A stretch of 26,188 bases of DNA from an uncultured archaeon. Its GTDB lineage: Archaea; Asgardarchaeota; Jordiarchaeia; Jordiarchaeales; Jordiarchaeaceae. The stretch covers positions 1 through 26,188 of the forward strand of contig CAZECW010000195.1 of assembly GCA_964510585.1 (NCBI GenBank), read 5' to 3'. The notes under the pieces are model-generated. The model saw only the letters and a list, made by a program, of their open reading frames with translations, was not told where the DNA came from and did not search any database. The translations under genes were made by a program, and so were the position numbers. The first letter of the stretch is position 1, and each line of letters begins with the position of its first letter. Positions 26,053 to 26,188 of the stretch are shown here, one piece after another.

Positions 26053-26188
26053 AAAACCTTGGCGAGAAAGCCCCCGACTTTAGTCGTGGGGATGAATCGC
26101 CAGAAAGTTTATTTGAAAGTATGGTATATAAATAGTTGTTGGTAGCTGAAGGGTTTGGCTTGGGCTTAAGAGGCTAAACAAGACGCAG
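26053..26188 (+). mobile_element. Left end of an IS200/IS605-family element (runs off the window)
   Basis: TTAC (26049-26052), then AAAG (26067-26070) at the foot of the hairpin CCCCCGAC-TTTA-GTCGTGGGG (26071-26091), enclosed by GGCGA...TCGCC. This mirrors the IS608-type left-end layout. Confidence 0.78.

Noticed and set aside
26150-26188. RVWLGLKRLNKTQ as the N-terminus of a TnpB
   Set aside because: Too short, with no clear in-frame start codon; needs sequence beyond the window.

Overview
Archaeal DNA, inferred from the TrmB, DUF35/thiolase, MNT-HEPN and AAA-DUF234 gene families, GGTGA/GGAGG-type ribosome-binding sites and frequent TTG/GTG starts. An Asgard (Jordarchaeia/Freyarchaeia-like) or Bathyarchaeia-like host is a guess, not established. 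Left to right: a coiled-coil/PD-(D/E)xK-like gene with DNA-level heptad repeats; a multiply frameshifted IS630 transposase; a TrmB regulator; and a ~7.3 kb acyl-CoA catabolic cluster. That cluster holds an AMACR-like family III CoA-transferase, a full-length PaaK-type ligase plus a truncated motif-dead paralogue, a nitroreductase, two ribbon-helix-helix proteins, SCP2, DUF35 and an SCPx-type thiolase. Next come a PIN/UPF0175 toxin-antitoxin pair, a stand-alone NurA-like (with inserted winged helix) plus HerA-like operon, pstSCA without pstB, two tail-to-tail MNT-HEPN modules, an AAA-DUF234 ATPase, two hypothetical genes, and the left end of an IS200/IS605 element at the window edge. A ~190 bp non-coding repeat occurs twice (1364-1553, 11545-11737). 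No rRNA, tRNA or CRISPR array was seen. All family calls come from motif recognition by eye; no database searches were run, and several starts were moved from the ORF track to more plausible codons.
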